Notes under the pieces: generated by a model
What the model was told of the DNA's origin: nothing
Seen by the model: the letters and a program-made list of their open reading frames with translations, nothing else
The model's database searches: none
DNA from: Podarcis vaucheri
Lineage: Eukaryota
Length of the DNA stretch: 64,000 nucleotides
Reading direction: 5' to 3' (one strand)
Assembly: GCA_965113315.1 (NCBI GenBank)
Contig: OZ220377.1
Made by a program: the position numbers and the translations under genes
In this document: positions 39,621 through 53,740 of the stretch, piece by piece
Numbering within the stretch: the stretch's first letter is position 1
Layout: every line of letters starts with the position of its first letter

Positions 39621-42600
39621 CCTGCCAAGGGCCGTCGAAAGAGCCTCCAGGGTTCAACCTCACACCCCCACCCACCCACAAAAAAAGCATTTAGTTTCTT
39701 GAACAAGGGCAGCAAAAAGCTTTGTGGCACCCATTTTATGGATCTCTTTAGGCAGCAGTCCTAGCTCTACTTACCTAGGAGTGAGCTCTGTGGGATTCAG
39801 TAGAGCTTACTTCTGAGTAGACATTTAAATTGCTCACAGACTGCTTCAATAGTTCAAAATCCCAGTGCACTGTGCAAAAGAATAAAAAACATTCAATGCA
39901 TGTGTTAAAACCCACCAATATAAGATAACAGCGTAAAATAAAATTTATCTGTCACGGTAATATATAGACCAGGTAAATAGAAAAGGCTTCGATGGAACTA
40001 AGACATTTTTAGCATATGTAGTTGGCATGTGCCTTAGTTCCAAATATGAACTAGCTAAAGATGAATCTTAAAACTGAAAAAAGGCATAAACATTCTGCTT
40101 CAACAGAATCACCAAGTGTTGCCCACAGTTGACAGTTCTGTCTATGTGTAGATTACACATATGTATATGGTCACACAGGATGGAAGTTCATGTCATAATA
40201 AATATATTAGCCTTTAAGGTGCCACAAAACTTGGTCTGCTGCAGAAACAACACACAGTGACACACACACACACCCCGTTCTTAGCAGCCCATGGAGAGCT
40301 GCTGCCACTCAAAATACATAGAATTGGACTGTATGTTCATTGCCCCTTACAGCAAAATTCACTTTCATTTTTAAATGGAAACTTCTAGTCCCACATAATG
40401 GTTGGATGTGTGAATGTGGCTGCAGTTACTCAGTGCTGATGTGGAATGCATATGACAGGCACGCACCAGAGTTTAGTTCTAGCATTCAGATTTAAGCCCC
40501 CTATGAACACCTCCCACAAGTTGAAAGCACCTTGGTACCACATGTGGACATAGTTCCATTCATACACATGCCTCTGCCCAATTTCCTAGGGTATGAAAAT
40601 AGACACTGTTGAAATTCATCTAGCCTCTTTTCAAGTAATCATGCCATTCACTTCAGTTCTAACATTCTCTGAAACAGCCTTTTGGTCCAGATTAAACCTT
40701 ATCCTCTGGATCTATAATCACAAAAACGCTTGTTTGAATCTCCCACTGTGTCCATATGTACTGACTGAAAGGGCAGGAGGAAAATCCATTCTGTTACCAT
40801 CTTAAGCTATCCAGCTTCTGAGTACCATAGGAAAGTTCAGATACCTCCACAAGCATCTAATTTATATTAACTAAAATTAAACACGCAACCTCAGCAAACA
40901 AGATCACAGGATATTCACAAAGTCATACTCCAGAAGATTGGTGGTGGTAGCAGGTGCTCTATCTCCTTCCCTCTCCTACTTCATGTGTTTCAGCTCTGCA
41001 ATGCCTTAGCTGAGAAGACTCCTCCCACCACAAACTCCATCTACATTACTGTTGCACTCATTGCGATAGAGATGTGGGGCAAGAGTCTCTTCTATTGCAA
41101 ATCAGTGCAGAATAACTCCCCCTTCATGATACTGTCCTATTGCATAATGCATATACTGTAAATTTCAAGTTTGCTTTCTTCAGAGAACAATGGAAAATAA
41201 AGAACCTGAGATCCTAGTCAGGGCTACAATTTATTAATTTTTTTTGAGGAGAAACAGGTGGTTAAGTGGACTGAATTTTGCTGCGTAGATATGCCCACAA
41301 ATACATTTTATCTGTTCCCAACCTTTAGGGCAAGTGTGCACCAGCTCATTTTGTACACTAGTTGTCGCTGTATACTGCAATTAGCTGGTGCAGTTTGCAT
41401 CTTATATCACCCCCCCCCAAGAAAAAGTAGAGCACCTCTAAGAAGAATTAGTCTTGCTAAACAAATTGGACCATTTCTTATCCTAGCCATTGTCTCACTC
41501 TTCCTTTACTACTTTCCTCAGCCCAAGGAATAATGATATTTATTTTTATAGCTGCTACAATTAAGCAACGTTCACAAGCCTCTTCTCCTCTTTTGCATAC
41601 CCAGTAGGGTGCAAAAATGACTGCACAGTATTTCGAGCCCTAGCCTCAAACCCAAAGAGGAGGTTGTGTAGCTGATGGTCCTACTAGGTTAATGATACAA
41701 AAGGAAAGGAAACAGGAGGCAAAACATTGGGTTGGAGATTGCCCTTCCTCCATTTTTAACACAATATACATTTTTAATTTATATCTATCTTCCCCCCCAG
41801 CTCAGCCTGAGGAGGAAATGTATAAACATCAATAATGGGTGAAAGTACTGCTAACCTCTGCAGGGAGATAAAGAAGGCCCACCCTTTAGAAGAGCAGTGC
41901 ATTTGCCTGAGATATACACCTTATAGACAGGGACTCTTCACACAACACACAATTCCTACACAAATACCACATCCATACAAGAAACGCCCACAAATACAAT
42001 AGAATGTGACAAATAGGAAACTGGTCTATGCAGCTCAATATTGTCTGCGCTGACTGGCAGGGGCTCTCCAGGGGTTCAGGCAAGGAGTCTCTCCCAGCCC
42101 CTTAAGGAGTTCTGGAAGTTCGGTATTGAACTTGGGACGTTTTGCATACACTGTGCCATGGCCCTTGTTAATTTCTTTTTAAACAAGTTTATTTAAAACA
42201 TCCACTTATCCTCAGTTTAGTTCAGAGAAGTGAATAACAATGAATTAAAACAATGTTAGCTGTTTTAACAGTGGAAATGCTGAAGCAGCAGGATATAAAA
42301 CAACAAATTGCCATTAAAAATATTTTATCTAGAGATCCTATACAAATAAAAATAAAAATACAAGGACAACTTCTCATGGTCAAAACTCTGGTTAGTTTTT
42401 AAAAACCAAACAGCTGTCAGTCTGTTAACTGGGCGAGAGTTATAATAAGAGCTCTGCCTCATGAGACTGAAGGCCTATCTAGTCCAGCATCCTGTTCTCA
42501 CAGTGGCCTACCTGATGCCTTTAAGAAGCCCACAAGCAGAAGATGAGTGCAACAGCACTTTATTGATTTGTGATTCCCTGGCAGCCAGCAGTTGGTATTC

Positions 42601-42692
42601 AGGGACATACGTAGTCTGAATGGCCTGGTCTGTTTCTAGACCCAGCTCTGCATACTGGTGCTTACCTTTAGAGCCCATCAGGGTTTGAGACT

Positions 42693-42738
<46 letters not shown>

Positions 42739-45700
42739 TAGCAAGTGGCAACCAGGGAAAGGGATGATGGTGTCCCATTTCCAAGGTATGCCTACTAAAG
42801 ATGCTCTCCTGGCTTTCCACGCTGATGCTGTTTTAGCATTAGTTAAAGCTCTTTCTTAGTTATTTTAATTGTGAATATTAATTTCTGGTTAGTTTTTTAT
42901 TTGCTTTTCTGTTGCTTTTAGATTTTATTGTGTTTTCGTTTCTTTATTTTAAAATTTGATAACAATAGTGTGTATATTTGTTATAAACTTCCCTGGGATC
43001 TTTTTGGGGTGCAGGACACAAATACCTTAATATATAAATGAAAACTATGCAAGGAGCCTCCATCACATTGCACTCCTCCAGTTTCAATTTGCACATATAA
43101 TTCAAAAGAGTTTGCAACACTGATGTGGCAGTAAAGTCAGGCTATTGGCAACATGGTCCTGCCTGCTATCTAAATGGCAGCTTCTGATTCTGAGCTGGAA
43201 ATTCAGGCTGTGTATCCCTCTAAAATTTAAGCTTTGTAGTGAGATCCTGGGCATAGTTTGATGCGAAAAACAGGAAGGGATCACAGTTAAATCCTGGATC
43301 AGGGCTGTACAGATGGATGGACAAATATGTCAATTTCAGTTTCTCCGGTTCCTCATTTTTCCAATCTTAAATCCAGTTCACATTTCTGCAGCAATTTTTT
43401 TTTAAATAATCCTCAAGAAATTGTGTCAGCTATTAATGTGAATTTCTCATAATCACATTTCTGCATGCAGTTTTGACTATTTTTTTGCAAGCAGTTTCCC
43501 AGATGCAGAATATGTTTTTTGTATGTTATTTTCAGTAATATATGCATTTTTGTGCACACTTTCCCCAAACTCAGCAAATACAATAGAGATAAAAATCATT
43601 AAGACCTTTAAATCAGAAATAACTTAAAATGCTTGCTGAAATAAAATGCTTGCTCTCTGTAATATTTTAATTATAGCTAATATTGAGGTATCTACTGTTT
43701 TATGCTTGTTAATAATCCAGTGAATACTTTCTTTCCCTCTCCCTATGCAGCACCACTGACTTTAGGACAGTTTCACCGGTCTTTTCGGCGAGATAATTTA
43801 TCTCCATACTCATACCTGTCACCATCATCTCACAACCAAAATACCTTCCCACTGAAAGGTTCAGAACGGACTCCTCTTCCTCCAAGAACATGGCAGAACT
43901 CCCTTGGGATGCTCCCAGGGCAGGTGGAGACATCAACTTTTTCTGACAAAGGAGTTCCATTTCCTGTGCTCCAGAGGTTTCCAACTGAGGTAACTTACAC
44001 TCTGCAGCCCAGCGCTACCTCAGTGCACATTCAGCAAGGACCGCAGACGATTGCTGCATCACCCCAGAAATATACCAGTTACGCAGCTTCAGCACCATAC
44101 TCCCAAGCTTACTACCCAACAGGTAACCTGATCTAGGTATTTCAGAAAACAACAACATACAAGTGTGCTTTAATGCAGGGTGGGCAGAAAGCAAATGGTA
44201 GATAACGGGATTATTCAGACTAGATTGGGAAGAGTTTCTGACTCGCAGTTGTTTAACAATAGCAAGAGCAGACTGCCGCCCTCCTCACCTAAAAAAAAAA
44301 AAGCCTGTTAGAAGCTCTGATCTGTAGTAATTCAGATATAGAATGATACTTACGTAGGGTATTCAAGTGTAGGGCTCATGGATTATAGGGTAGACCATTT
44401 ACTCTGCCCCATGGGCCACTACTTTGAATCTGGCTTCCTTCACAGACACAATTTTGTACCTTTATCTAGTTGCAGGATTTGGTGGATTTCTCATCAAAGT
44501 AAATTCCACAAGCCTAATGTCTGTCCAGGATGAATATATATTATATATAGTGGGAAGAAGAAAATGCAAATAAAGTAAATCCAAAAAGAAGGCATTTCTT
44601 TTCTTGAAATTTTTTCAAAAGATACATCCCGTTTGAACAGTGCTTGGCCCTTTATACAAGACTTATATCATTGCAATTGAACACTGATTACAGGAGCGTT
44701 AAGTAGGCTTTCTCTGTAGTGAACGGTTTTTTAGTATTGGACTGGCATTAGTTAAAAGGCACAGGCCATTGTGGATTATTTTTCATCTCATAGTCCCATC
44801 CACTGTCCTCATTATATATTTTGGAAGGAAACTTGTGACACTGTTGTAGGGCATTTAGGGTGGAATCACCATTCCTCATTTTCTATTTTTTTGCAGTCCA
44901 TCCACACAACATCGTTACCAATCTTCTTATTTTCCTGGAGGCTTTTCTTATGGCTATTTGAAAAATGGTTCATAGTGCTCCTTTTTCATCTTTTCAAAAG
45001 TTGTGGTTTAATTGCTTATAGTGGGCAGAGGAATCTATCACCATTTTTCATATCTGCTGCAATTGTTTTCTGGTGTATGGGTTGGGAACGCTGTATTGGT
45101 GCTGCTTTCCCAGCAGGGAGACAAACTTCAACTGATCAGTGTTCCTGGATGTATTCAGATCTTACCACAATGGCGCACAACCAGATTCAGAAGAAGGAAT
45201 ATATAAAGTGAAGTGACCTCTGAAATACAGTGGACATTATGTGAATAATGTTGTGCATATACAATATAATATGTTACATATGGGCAGAGAGACAAAAGTA
45301 TGAACTTAACAAAAACATCACAACAGAAGGACAGAAAAAATTAGATACTCTAAACAAAGTGTATTCCCACTAAGGAACAGGCTTGGCTTATGGCTCTTCC
45401 TTTGTTCACCTGAAAATTATGTTGCAATACTTCCCACCTTTGTCCCCCATTGTTTAATTCATTCATTCAATAATGGGAGGAAAGTTTGTATGCACAGATC
45501 AGCTCTTGTGGGAACAAAAAAAGGATGCTTCACTTAGAAGAGATTCATCTGCTAATTGGAAGCATACATGCAGAACAATCTGGCTTACACATCCCTCTGC
45601 AGCAGGCTTGTTTGGAGGAGTCCCAAGAAGAGCAGCAGGTACGCAGCCGTCTCTTCTTGTGGCTTCCTTGCTAAGATTGGGTTTTAGGTACCACTACTGG

Positions 45701-48152
45701 AGCCAGGTTGGGACAGATAGATCTGACCTATGGGACGCAATTTATTGTAGAAATGTTGTGCAAACCAGCCCTGCGTCTGGTTAATCACCATTATTGGGCT
45801 TGGAAGGTGTTTTTCTGGATCATATAGAGAGGTAACCCCCATGGGGTCTTTTTTGCCAATATTCAAAGCATGGTGCTTGGGCTATCTACATGAGGTTTTA
45901 CCTGCAGCAGGCACCTCTAGCCTAGATTCATTACTTGCCTCTTATTTAGAATGCATTACAGCCTGCCATGCCAGCAGTGAACTGATTTCATTTTAGTTTG
46001 GATGAGACAAGCAGTTCTTTACATATTAGAGCTTTTGTTTACAACACAATAAGTTTGCAATTGCCACTCATTTGTTGGGAGAGTAAGGATCTTGAGGATT
46101 TTCCCGGTCCTAGTTACAATAGTAGGAAAATGTAATTGCCCCTTGAGCTGGTACCACACTTGTGAACATAAGCTGGTTGCCAAATTACAGCAACTGCCCT
46201 GTGGGAAGGGACCTCTGATGCCTGCTCCTGCTCCAGTGAGGCTGGTGTGGTTCTTGGGGTCACCTCCAAACTGTTAGTTTTCTGAAGGGATTCGAGCACA
46301 TACCAGAAAATTTAGGTTTGCACAAGTAAAGTGGATTAAAGGGCTCTCTTGCCCCAGTGAGAGAAATCCACTTTAAAAAAAGATAAAACTGACTTTTTGC
46401 AATTGGAAAAGTGATGGGGAAATGTGTGGGATGAACACGGGATTAACAGGCAACACCTCACAAGCAGATCAAAATGAATTTTCAATGTTGAATAGCTTCT
46501 CTGCAAAATCAGAACTCATGACCAATAAAGACTTGATAGAGTCTAGCCTCCATGTAAGCTTTGTGCAAGCAAATGTGGAAGAGCTCTGTTGTATTTTATA
46601 AGTGCTGTTAGCCACCTTGAGGACAGTAGTGAAAAAGCAACTAAAAAATAATACATGAGCACAGTGTGGAATTTATTTATTTAACAAAATTGATGTAAAA
46701 CCAAAGAAACATCAAAGTGGTTTACAAAAAAAGTGGAATACGGTTGCATGATTGTTATATACCTTGTAAAGTGTCTTTTTAAGATCACTGTGAAAAGCAG
46801 TACAAATCCATACTCACTCATCCCACTGGCTGATGTTCTAAATAAGTTTTATCATTTATATTCATGTATGGTGTGAATGTCTTCTAAATTAAGAAAGAAA
46901 ACTGGACACAAAATAAGATAGACATTTATTCATACGTCAAAATCTAGACATTGTTGAGCAGGACCATATACTTTTCAGTAGAGCATGGGATTTTAAAAAC
47001 AGAAATAGTAGCAAACATCAGCAAAACTATTCTCTCTTTTGGCAAGAGTACCCTGCTATTTTTGAAACCCTGTGTTTTTGCTTTCTATGTACGTCTTTGC
47101 CAAGCTGTGCATTCCTCCTCTTTAATACCTCTCTGAAACCAGGCTGTTCCTTCTCCATTATGTGCAGATAGAATATTGCATTTTTGTGCTAGTTTGGAGC
47201 TAGTAGAACTATAGTGTGTATTTAAAAATACAATCCAGAGAGGTTTCTTAATGGTTGGGAAAGTTTATTATTATTATTTTACCTTTTCTTCCCCTTTCCA
47301 GCTGTATTACAGTGTTGCTCTCCACCTACCCACATGGATCCCTTAAGTGGCTGTGCTAGTCCTACTGCCTCAACCTATACACACTGCAGTTATTTTCAGG
47401 TGAGTCAAATAAGCAAGTATATTGGCCATGATCTAATGAGCCACTTTAGGCATACCTAATGCAATATTTGACTTTGAAGAGCAGACTCTTTTGATGTGCG
47501 CATCGCAAACTGTTTTTGAAGTTCTCCTCTGTTTCAAAAGTGGCTTGCTATATGCCAGAGAGGAGCTGCAGATTTGTTCACACAGAACAAATTGAACATG
47601 TCTTTGGATCATAGCCCGTGTATCAAAAGAGTTTCATTCTGGTTCGCTACTTCAGCTACATATCAATGCATAAGAAACGTTGTTTTGCAAAATTGAAAAA
47701 TAAGTGGAAAGAAAACACTTCATATAATAAGAGAGCTGGAAGGGACATTGTAGGTTATCAAGTCAATGTAAGATCTGCAATGGAAGAGACAACTACAGCA
47801 TCCTTGTCAGACGTCCATCCAGTCTCTGCTTAAATAATTCATAAATGAAAGAATAGTGTGTGAACTCTTTACATTGTTTTGGAGCCAAATGACTGATATA
47901 AACAAGTAATCACAAATAACTATTTAAGTTTCAAAGAGAAGTAAAATTACTTTTCCTTTTAAAATCATTTTCTTCTAAAATCATTTTGCCTTACAAAAAC
48001 CTTAACTAAAACTGTCTTTTGTTTTAGAAACATTTTGTCTGAGGACTTGTTATTCACCCTTGTCTCATTGCCATACCACTTTACCCAGTATAGGGAGTAG
48101 GATGGGTCAGTTAAATTCCAGAAGGCTAAAGGGCTGTTTAGTGGAGGCAGCC

Positions 48153-48198
<46 letters not shown>

Positions 48199-51100
48199 GT
48201 GGACTTGGCTTGGCTTGACTGTTTACCTCTCTTCTCTCACAGTGCAGGCCACAATCCTTTCCATCTGATGTGTTCATGGTATTGAAATAAAACATTTTTG
48301 TTTTTAATGAACATCAAAAATGCAACAGCTCAGTGGTAGAACACCTCATTGAAAAGTTATCAGGTTCAATCCCCAGCTTCTCCAGCTAAATCTTTGTAAA
48401 TCATCATCATCATCATCATCATCATTATCATCTCGATACACCAGGGTATCTGACATAGTATAAGAAGCTTTCCATGTTCATATGTTCCTAACCCAAAAGG
48501 CGTTAATAATGCTTCATGCCCCTTGTCTGCTCCATACTTATAAATTACACCTCATTAGACAAGGCGTATTGTTCATTTGGTTGGACAAATGAAAGTGTTT
48601 GACTTATTAAGCCAAACCAGAATGATAATGTTAACATGGTTTTAATGCATGTTTGTATATGATTTGGTGGCATTTAACATTGTTTGTGGAGGGCCCAGTT
48701 GACATTGTTGAAAGAGCATCACATATATGCCAAAAACAAATAGATAAATGGAATAAATATATTTGTTGCCTTTACCTTGCCAGAACCCACCAATGCAATC
48801 TTCATACCCTGTTGAATTTCTACCTTCTAACTGGTCCTGCAACACCTCTGATGAAAACAAGAAGACAGAAGTAAACTTGGAGGCTGTCTTCCAGATTGTA
48901 GATGAGATGCATTCATCCCCCAAGTTGGAAATGGTGAAGGTGGAACCAGTGGAAAGCCAGTGTCCAACTTCACAGTCAAACCGAGGCCAGCAGTTACTAG
49001 TTAATCCAGGGAACAATGATGCACCTTCTTCAGGCCAGGCTAGCCACCTAGAACCTCTGACACCTGTGGGCTCAGATATTACATCCTTTGTGGTGGAATC
49101 AGAGCAAGCTATAGCATGCTCCTTGCCTCAGTCTCCTGAGTTTATTTACACTATCCACACCACTGAACCAGTGGAGAATACCACAGCGCAAATAGTGCAG
49201 CAGCCTGCAGCCACGCAGCCTACACCAGCAAAGCTGAAAGAACAGCTGAACCAATCTTCAACACAGTCTTCCATGGTGTTTGCACAGGAGGAACTTCCCT
49301 TCAGTCAGCCACAGGTATGGTGTAATGCAGTGAAAAGGGGTACGACATTCTGCTGTGATAACCTAGCCTGAATATTTTTATGTGACAAGCCAATATTTAT
49401 ATTACTACCAATATAACTTCTATTTACAGCATTGTTCATTTTCCAAAGTTATAAACATAAATATTCCATATTGTATGTCACATAGACTATTTAGATCACT
49501 GTATAAGTTTTGCTGAGAGACGTAATGCAGAAAGCTAGTGTGGTACAGTGGTTAGTGGGCTAAGACTGGGGAGACTTAAGTTCAAGTCCCCACTCAGCCA
49601 GAAAGCTCTCACTGGTTGACCTTGAGACAAGTCCAATCTCGCTCACAAAATTCTGAGTACATATAAGATGTACTCTTGGTCTCCTTAAAGTAAGGGCAGG
49701 ATATAAATGTTTCAAATAAATAATATGGTGTAAAGTAACATCTTCAAGGGACTGTTAAAAGGACATTTATGTGAACACTTCATGGGGGATTTTTTGTGCA
49801 TTTTTTAAAGGAGGATCCCAGTATCAAGTGTCAGACAAATCCATCAGAGACAGTTGTGTCTTCAGAGCAGATAGGATTCCTCCTTTCGGAGGTGGGTCCT
49901 CTCAGCAAATGTGCCAAAGATTCAGTTTCCTCCATCCAAACCAAATGCAGAGAAAGAAGGAGCAGTTCACAGAAGGGCAAATCCCCTGGTAAGAATGGCA
50001 GGCTTTAAGGATTTGTTGAAACAAATGTATTGTTGTGCGCCACCTCAATCTCTGAGCTGTGTGAAATTCCTGGGCTTCCAGGTGCTTACCCAGGGGTTGT
50101 GCTTTCTTTTGGGAACGAGGCACAGCAGAGACTGAAGTGTCTTTATGATATATGGTTTATTTACACATATATACAACCAGAGCCTATAATGGAAGGGTTA
50201 ACAGTATTAGCACCCCAAGAGGTTTTTGTTTCTCCCATAGCCACAGGCTTGGATTCAAACAGACACCAAACATTGCTTTTGGCTCTCTTTCTAGCTTGCT
50301 GATTTTCTTCTAGGTCACACCCCTCCTAAACTCTAAATTCTGGTTTTATCTGTTGAGGGAGCCCCCCCCCCAACCATTTGTGTCTCCCATGGAGCCCCTA
50401 AGCCTCTTTAATAGCTCATCACCCAGGCCATCACCTCACAGGAAGCTAGGTTGGCTTGATTAGATTTTAACATTTGCTGGATATAGGGATTAATGGGATC
50501 TGGTACCCATAAACTCAAAGCAGTTTTTATACTAGGAATGTGTCCCAGCCATAAGATTTGACTGTTGCTTTGTGTCTCTCAGGACTGAATTAGATTTGTT
50601 AAAACTGAGGGTGTTGTGTTCTCCACATTCACTATAATGTCACCTCTAAAAATGGCTATACCTTTCCCCCCGTTTTCATTGAACTGAATAAAATTTGTAG
50701 GCATAGCAGATCATCCAGGGGTTTTGTGCAGAGCACCTTTGAAACAAAGGGGAAAGTCTACATTTTCATTTTCTGTCATAGTTGAATGCAATTTGCAGGT
50801 ATGGTCACCCCTTCTGAGGGAATGGAGCCTGTCTAATTTCACAATGATGGCTGTAGTGATTCTCCTCCAAGGACAGAATTTACCATTTTGGGGCGGGTAC
50901 ATAGGGGATGGAGTGGGATGGTGGTGGAAGAAAGAGCATATATCCCTAGGAATGGGGTGGGCATGTATCACACCCCAGCAAGGGCTCAGTGTTAAAGATG
51001 GTTAGTGCTAACGAGTTTATTCATAATCAAGATGTGAAGACATTAAACATGGGAGGCAAGCAGGTAGGGGAGGGAGTGTAGGATCTGCTGACCTGCTGCT

Positions 51101-51934
51101 GATCATTGGACAATGATTAAGGGACAGAGTTAAATCTCTGTTTGCCCTGTCAGTAATACATTTTTAACATGAATCACATTGTAGATGAGTAGGGGAGAAT
51201 TATGTGTTACATTACACTCTTGTGTCATGAAATCCTGATCCTTTGCAGAGCAAACCCTGAAAGGCATGCACTGCACTAGACAAGGGTTTGGCAAAAAGGA
51301 AGAGCTCCATTCTCTGGGACTCTGCCCCTACAGAAGTTGTTGTTTAATTTATGAATCACCTTTTCAAGTATTTCAAGGCAGTTAACAAATATGCCATAAA
51401 TACTGCTAAACAAATTTAAACCACACAAAACAACGAAATATGGATTTTAAAATAATACAAACTGGACACCTAAGACTGAGACCTTTTGATTCAGAAACAA
51501 AAATATCTTGAAGTGCTTCTAGAATGTACAGACCCCACGTACCTCTTGTGTGCTGTTCCACAGAACAGGGGCAGCCACCCTGAAAGCCCTGCTCTAAGTT
51601 ACTACTCAGTGGGCTGGCTGGATAGCTCAGCTGGTTAGAGTGTAGACTTCTGTTACTGCTGCCAGTGCTCTGGAACCATTTTTAATTTACTGACATGGGG
51701 CTTGAACCTCCCAAGGATAAAGGCAGGTATTGGTGGGTGAGTTTCATGTGGAAAGTAACTGGCAAGGGAAGGCCTGAGCACGCATTTCTGCCTCTTAAGA
51801 TGTAGCATGCATTTCCAGTGCCCTCCAAAGCAGATATTGAATTGCCCTTTCCATTCCTCCTAGATCTACATCTGCTAGTGGATGTGGCTTGCAAACAAGA
51901 ACATTTTCCAAAGGAAGAAGAATTAAGGGAGTGA
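38764..51934 (+). CDS. HSF5: Heat shock transcription factor 5; 6 coding exons, 676 aa
   Basis: join(38764-39544,43751-44122,47302-47399,48784-49314,49811-49988,51864-51934) = 2031 nt, open frame, GT-AG. HSF DBD FPAKLWRLVN / FTSFIRQLNLYGFRKV. C-terminal DLHLLVDVACKQE. Lies between MTMR4 and RNF43 as in mammals. Confidence 0.96.
42695..42737. repeat. (TAA)14 microsatellite
   Basis: Read directly. Confidence 0.95.
43751..44122 (+). CDS. HSF5: HSF5 exon 2 (PLTLGQFHRSFRRD...SQAYYPT)
   Basis: atgcag| ... G|gtaacc, 372 nt. Confidence 0.95.
47302..47399 (+). CDS. HSF5: HSF5 exon 3 (VLQCCSPPTHMDPLSGCASPTASTYTHCSYFQ)
   Basis: ttccag| ... CAG|gtgagt, 98 nt. Not in the ORF track. Confidence 0.94.
48156..48195. 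repeat. (AC)20 microsatellite
   Basis: Read directly. Confidence 0.95.
48784..49314 (+). CDS. HSF5: HSF5 exon 4 (NPPMQSSYPVEFLPSNW...FSQPQ)
   Basis: tgccag| ... CAG|gtatgg, 531 nt. Confidence 0.95.
49533..49723 (+). mobile_element. Squam3-like SINE, internally deleted
   Basis: gctagtgtggtacagtggttagtg...gttcaagtccccactcagcc...gggcaggatataaatgtttcaaataaataa. Confidence 0.7.
49811..49988 (+). CDS. HSF5: HSF5 exon 5 (EDPSIKCQTNPSE...QKGKSP)
   Basis: ttaaag| ... G|gtaaga, 178 nt. Confidence 0.93.
51864..51934 (+). CDS. HSF5: HSF5 last coding exon (LHLLVDVACKQEHFPKEEELRE*)
   Basis: tcctag| acceptor, TGA at 51932-51934. Confidence 0.94.
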
Positions 51935-53727
51935 GAACTTGGTGGAAAGTGTGTGCAAATGCCGAGTAGTGGCCAGCTGGGGAAGAGCAGTGCCTTTCAC
52001 TCCAAAAGGACTTTGGATACTTTTCCTTCGTTATTAACAAAACACTCTCCTTATCTGGTCATTTTTGTTTCACATGTAAATAGTCCCGTCATTGTTTTTA
52101 TTATACCTCTTTCATAGGTTTAAATATTTTTTCTGGTCAATTTCTCCTGATTTATTTGCCCAAACTCTTTAAAAGTAGAAAACATGGTCTCTTGATAAAC
52201 AGAAAAACTTAACATTCTCAGGGAGCTGTTCCAGTTGCAGAATGTTCTTTGTTTTGCACTGGAATGTCTACACTATGTTGTAGCAAACAGCAGCAGCAGC
52301 TTCTCCCACCCTTAGGACTGTTTAAAATTCATTTGGAGAGCATTTAAAGGTGGAGGGTTTTCCAAAACAAACAGAACTCAAAGGAACTTGAGGTCTCAAA
52401 ATCTGAGGTCCAAATTGGTCATTAATTCTAGAAAGGCACTCAGAATGATGAGCTCATATTCTAGGTGATTGCACAGGAAGTTTTCTTCTTTTTTGCATTT
52501 GTTCCTTTTCAACAGCAAATATTATCTTGTCTAAGAGAATAGCTGCTGCATATTTTATGTTAATGTAGCATTCTTGGGTTTTAATAATTTCCTCATTCTA
52601 GAGGCACTTTATAATAATTAGTTAAGGCAATTGTTGTTTTACTATATTGCTTAGTTTAAATATATCTTCTCAGGCTATTTTAACTTGTTTAACATAATTA
52701 TATGTATTGATAATATATGTTAAAGAGCCATGTCTTTGCACTCCTATTTATTTGTGTTGTAAGTATATTGGTAAATATGTGTGTGTGTTTGTGTGTGAAT
52801 GATGTAGCACGGTGAGAATGTGCTTTAAGCTAGTTCACTCATATTTTCAGTGTCAAATTCTGCCACTGTGAAAAATGCACAAGAAAGTACTTGGAAAAAA
52901 GCAGAGAGAACAAACAGATCTGCAGCTTATTGCTCTCTTACATTCGTTATCTCCCAGTACCCATGTGAACAGCAGGATGAACCAAGGTCAGATGTACATA
53001 CTCGGCTGGAGCCTCATATTAGACAGAGATCTTAATGTTATGTCTTTTCCTTCAGAAATGCCATTGCATATCTTACCAGATATTTTGAATACTTTGAGAT
53101 AGCCCTCAATTAGTCTTCTGCAACCTTGTTTTTCCATCTTGAAATTCAGTATTATTTTAAAACAAGCAGGTCAAATTGAGCTGGGAAATGCTATTGTAAT
53201 CAGGGACTATCTAGCAGGGTCTCTGAGATGCTGAAACTGAATGGTAAGAGTTGTAGTAGTCATGTTGCTTGAATCCAAAATAGCTTAGCGATGGGTGTTT
53301 GGCACCAGACTAGTATTGATCCATATTAATGCAGGCAAAACTGATTTTTTGACACTCTTTCATAGGATTATTCCAAAATTTCTCTAGTAGTCATTTATGA
53401 GCAATCAGTAAAGTAAGAGCTTTCACATGGGTCTGTAGTTTTAAAGCGGAATTAGGAAATTGTATTTATTATCTTTCTCCTGTCCATGAGCTAATTGAAA
53501 CAAAGAGGCCAAGGAGCTGGATCTCCTGCCATATTTATAGGCACAATTATTTAATTTTACTGGCTCTTGAGCATTTGTAAGATAGCAAAAGAGAAAGGAC
53601 ATTCACACTGTCTAAAGAAATCTGCACAGAAATCTGCACAGTATCGCTGAAACTAATAGAACAGGGTTAACTCTCCAGAATAGGTCTTCTCAGTGTTTCC
53701 ACAGTTTTAGCCCTAATGTATGTAGTC

Positions 53728-53740
53728 AATAAACAATAAA
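53728..53740 (+). terminator. HSF5: Candidate HSF5 polyadenylation signals (tandem AATAAAcAATAAA; another at 54097-54102)
   Basis: Two adjacent hexamers at the end of an AT-rich 3' region. Confidence 0.5.

Noticed and set aside
38427-39730. Long minus-strand ORFs (370 aa at 38427-39539, 206 aa, 111 aa) opposite HSF5 exon 1
   Set aside because: Antisense shadows of a very GC-rich coding exon, where stops are rare. They are low-complexity and have no recognisable domain.
51610-51648. tRNA-like ggatagctcagctggttagag
   Set aside because: Only the 5' third is present, with no T-arm or B-box. It is a SINE remnant.
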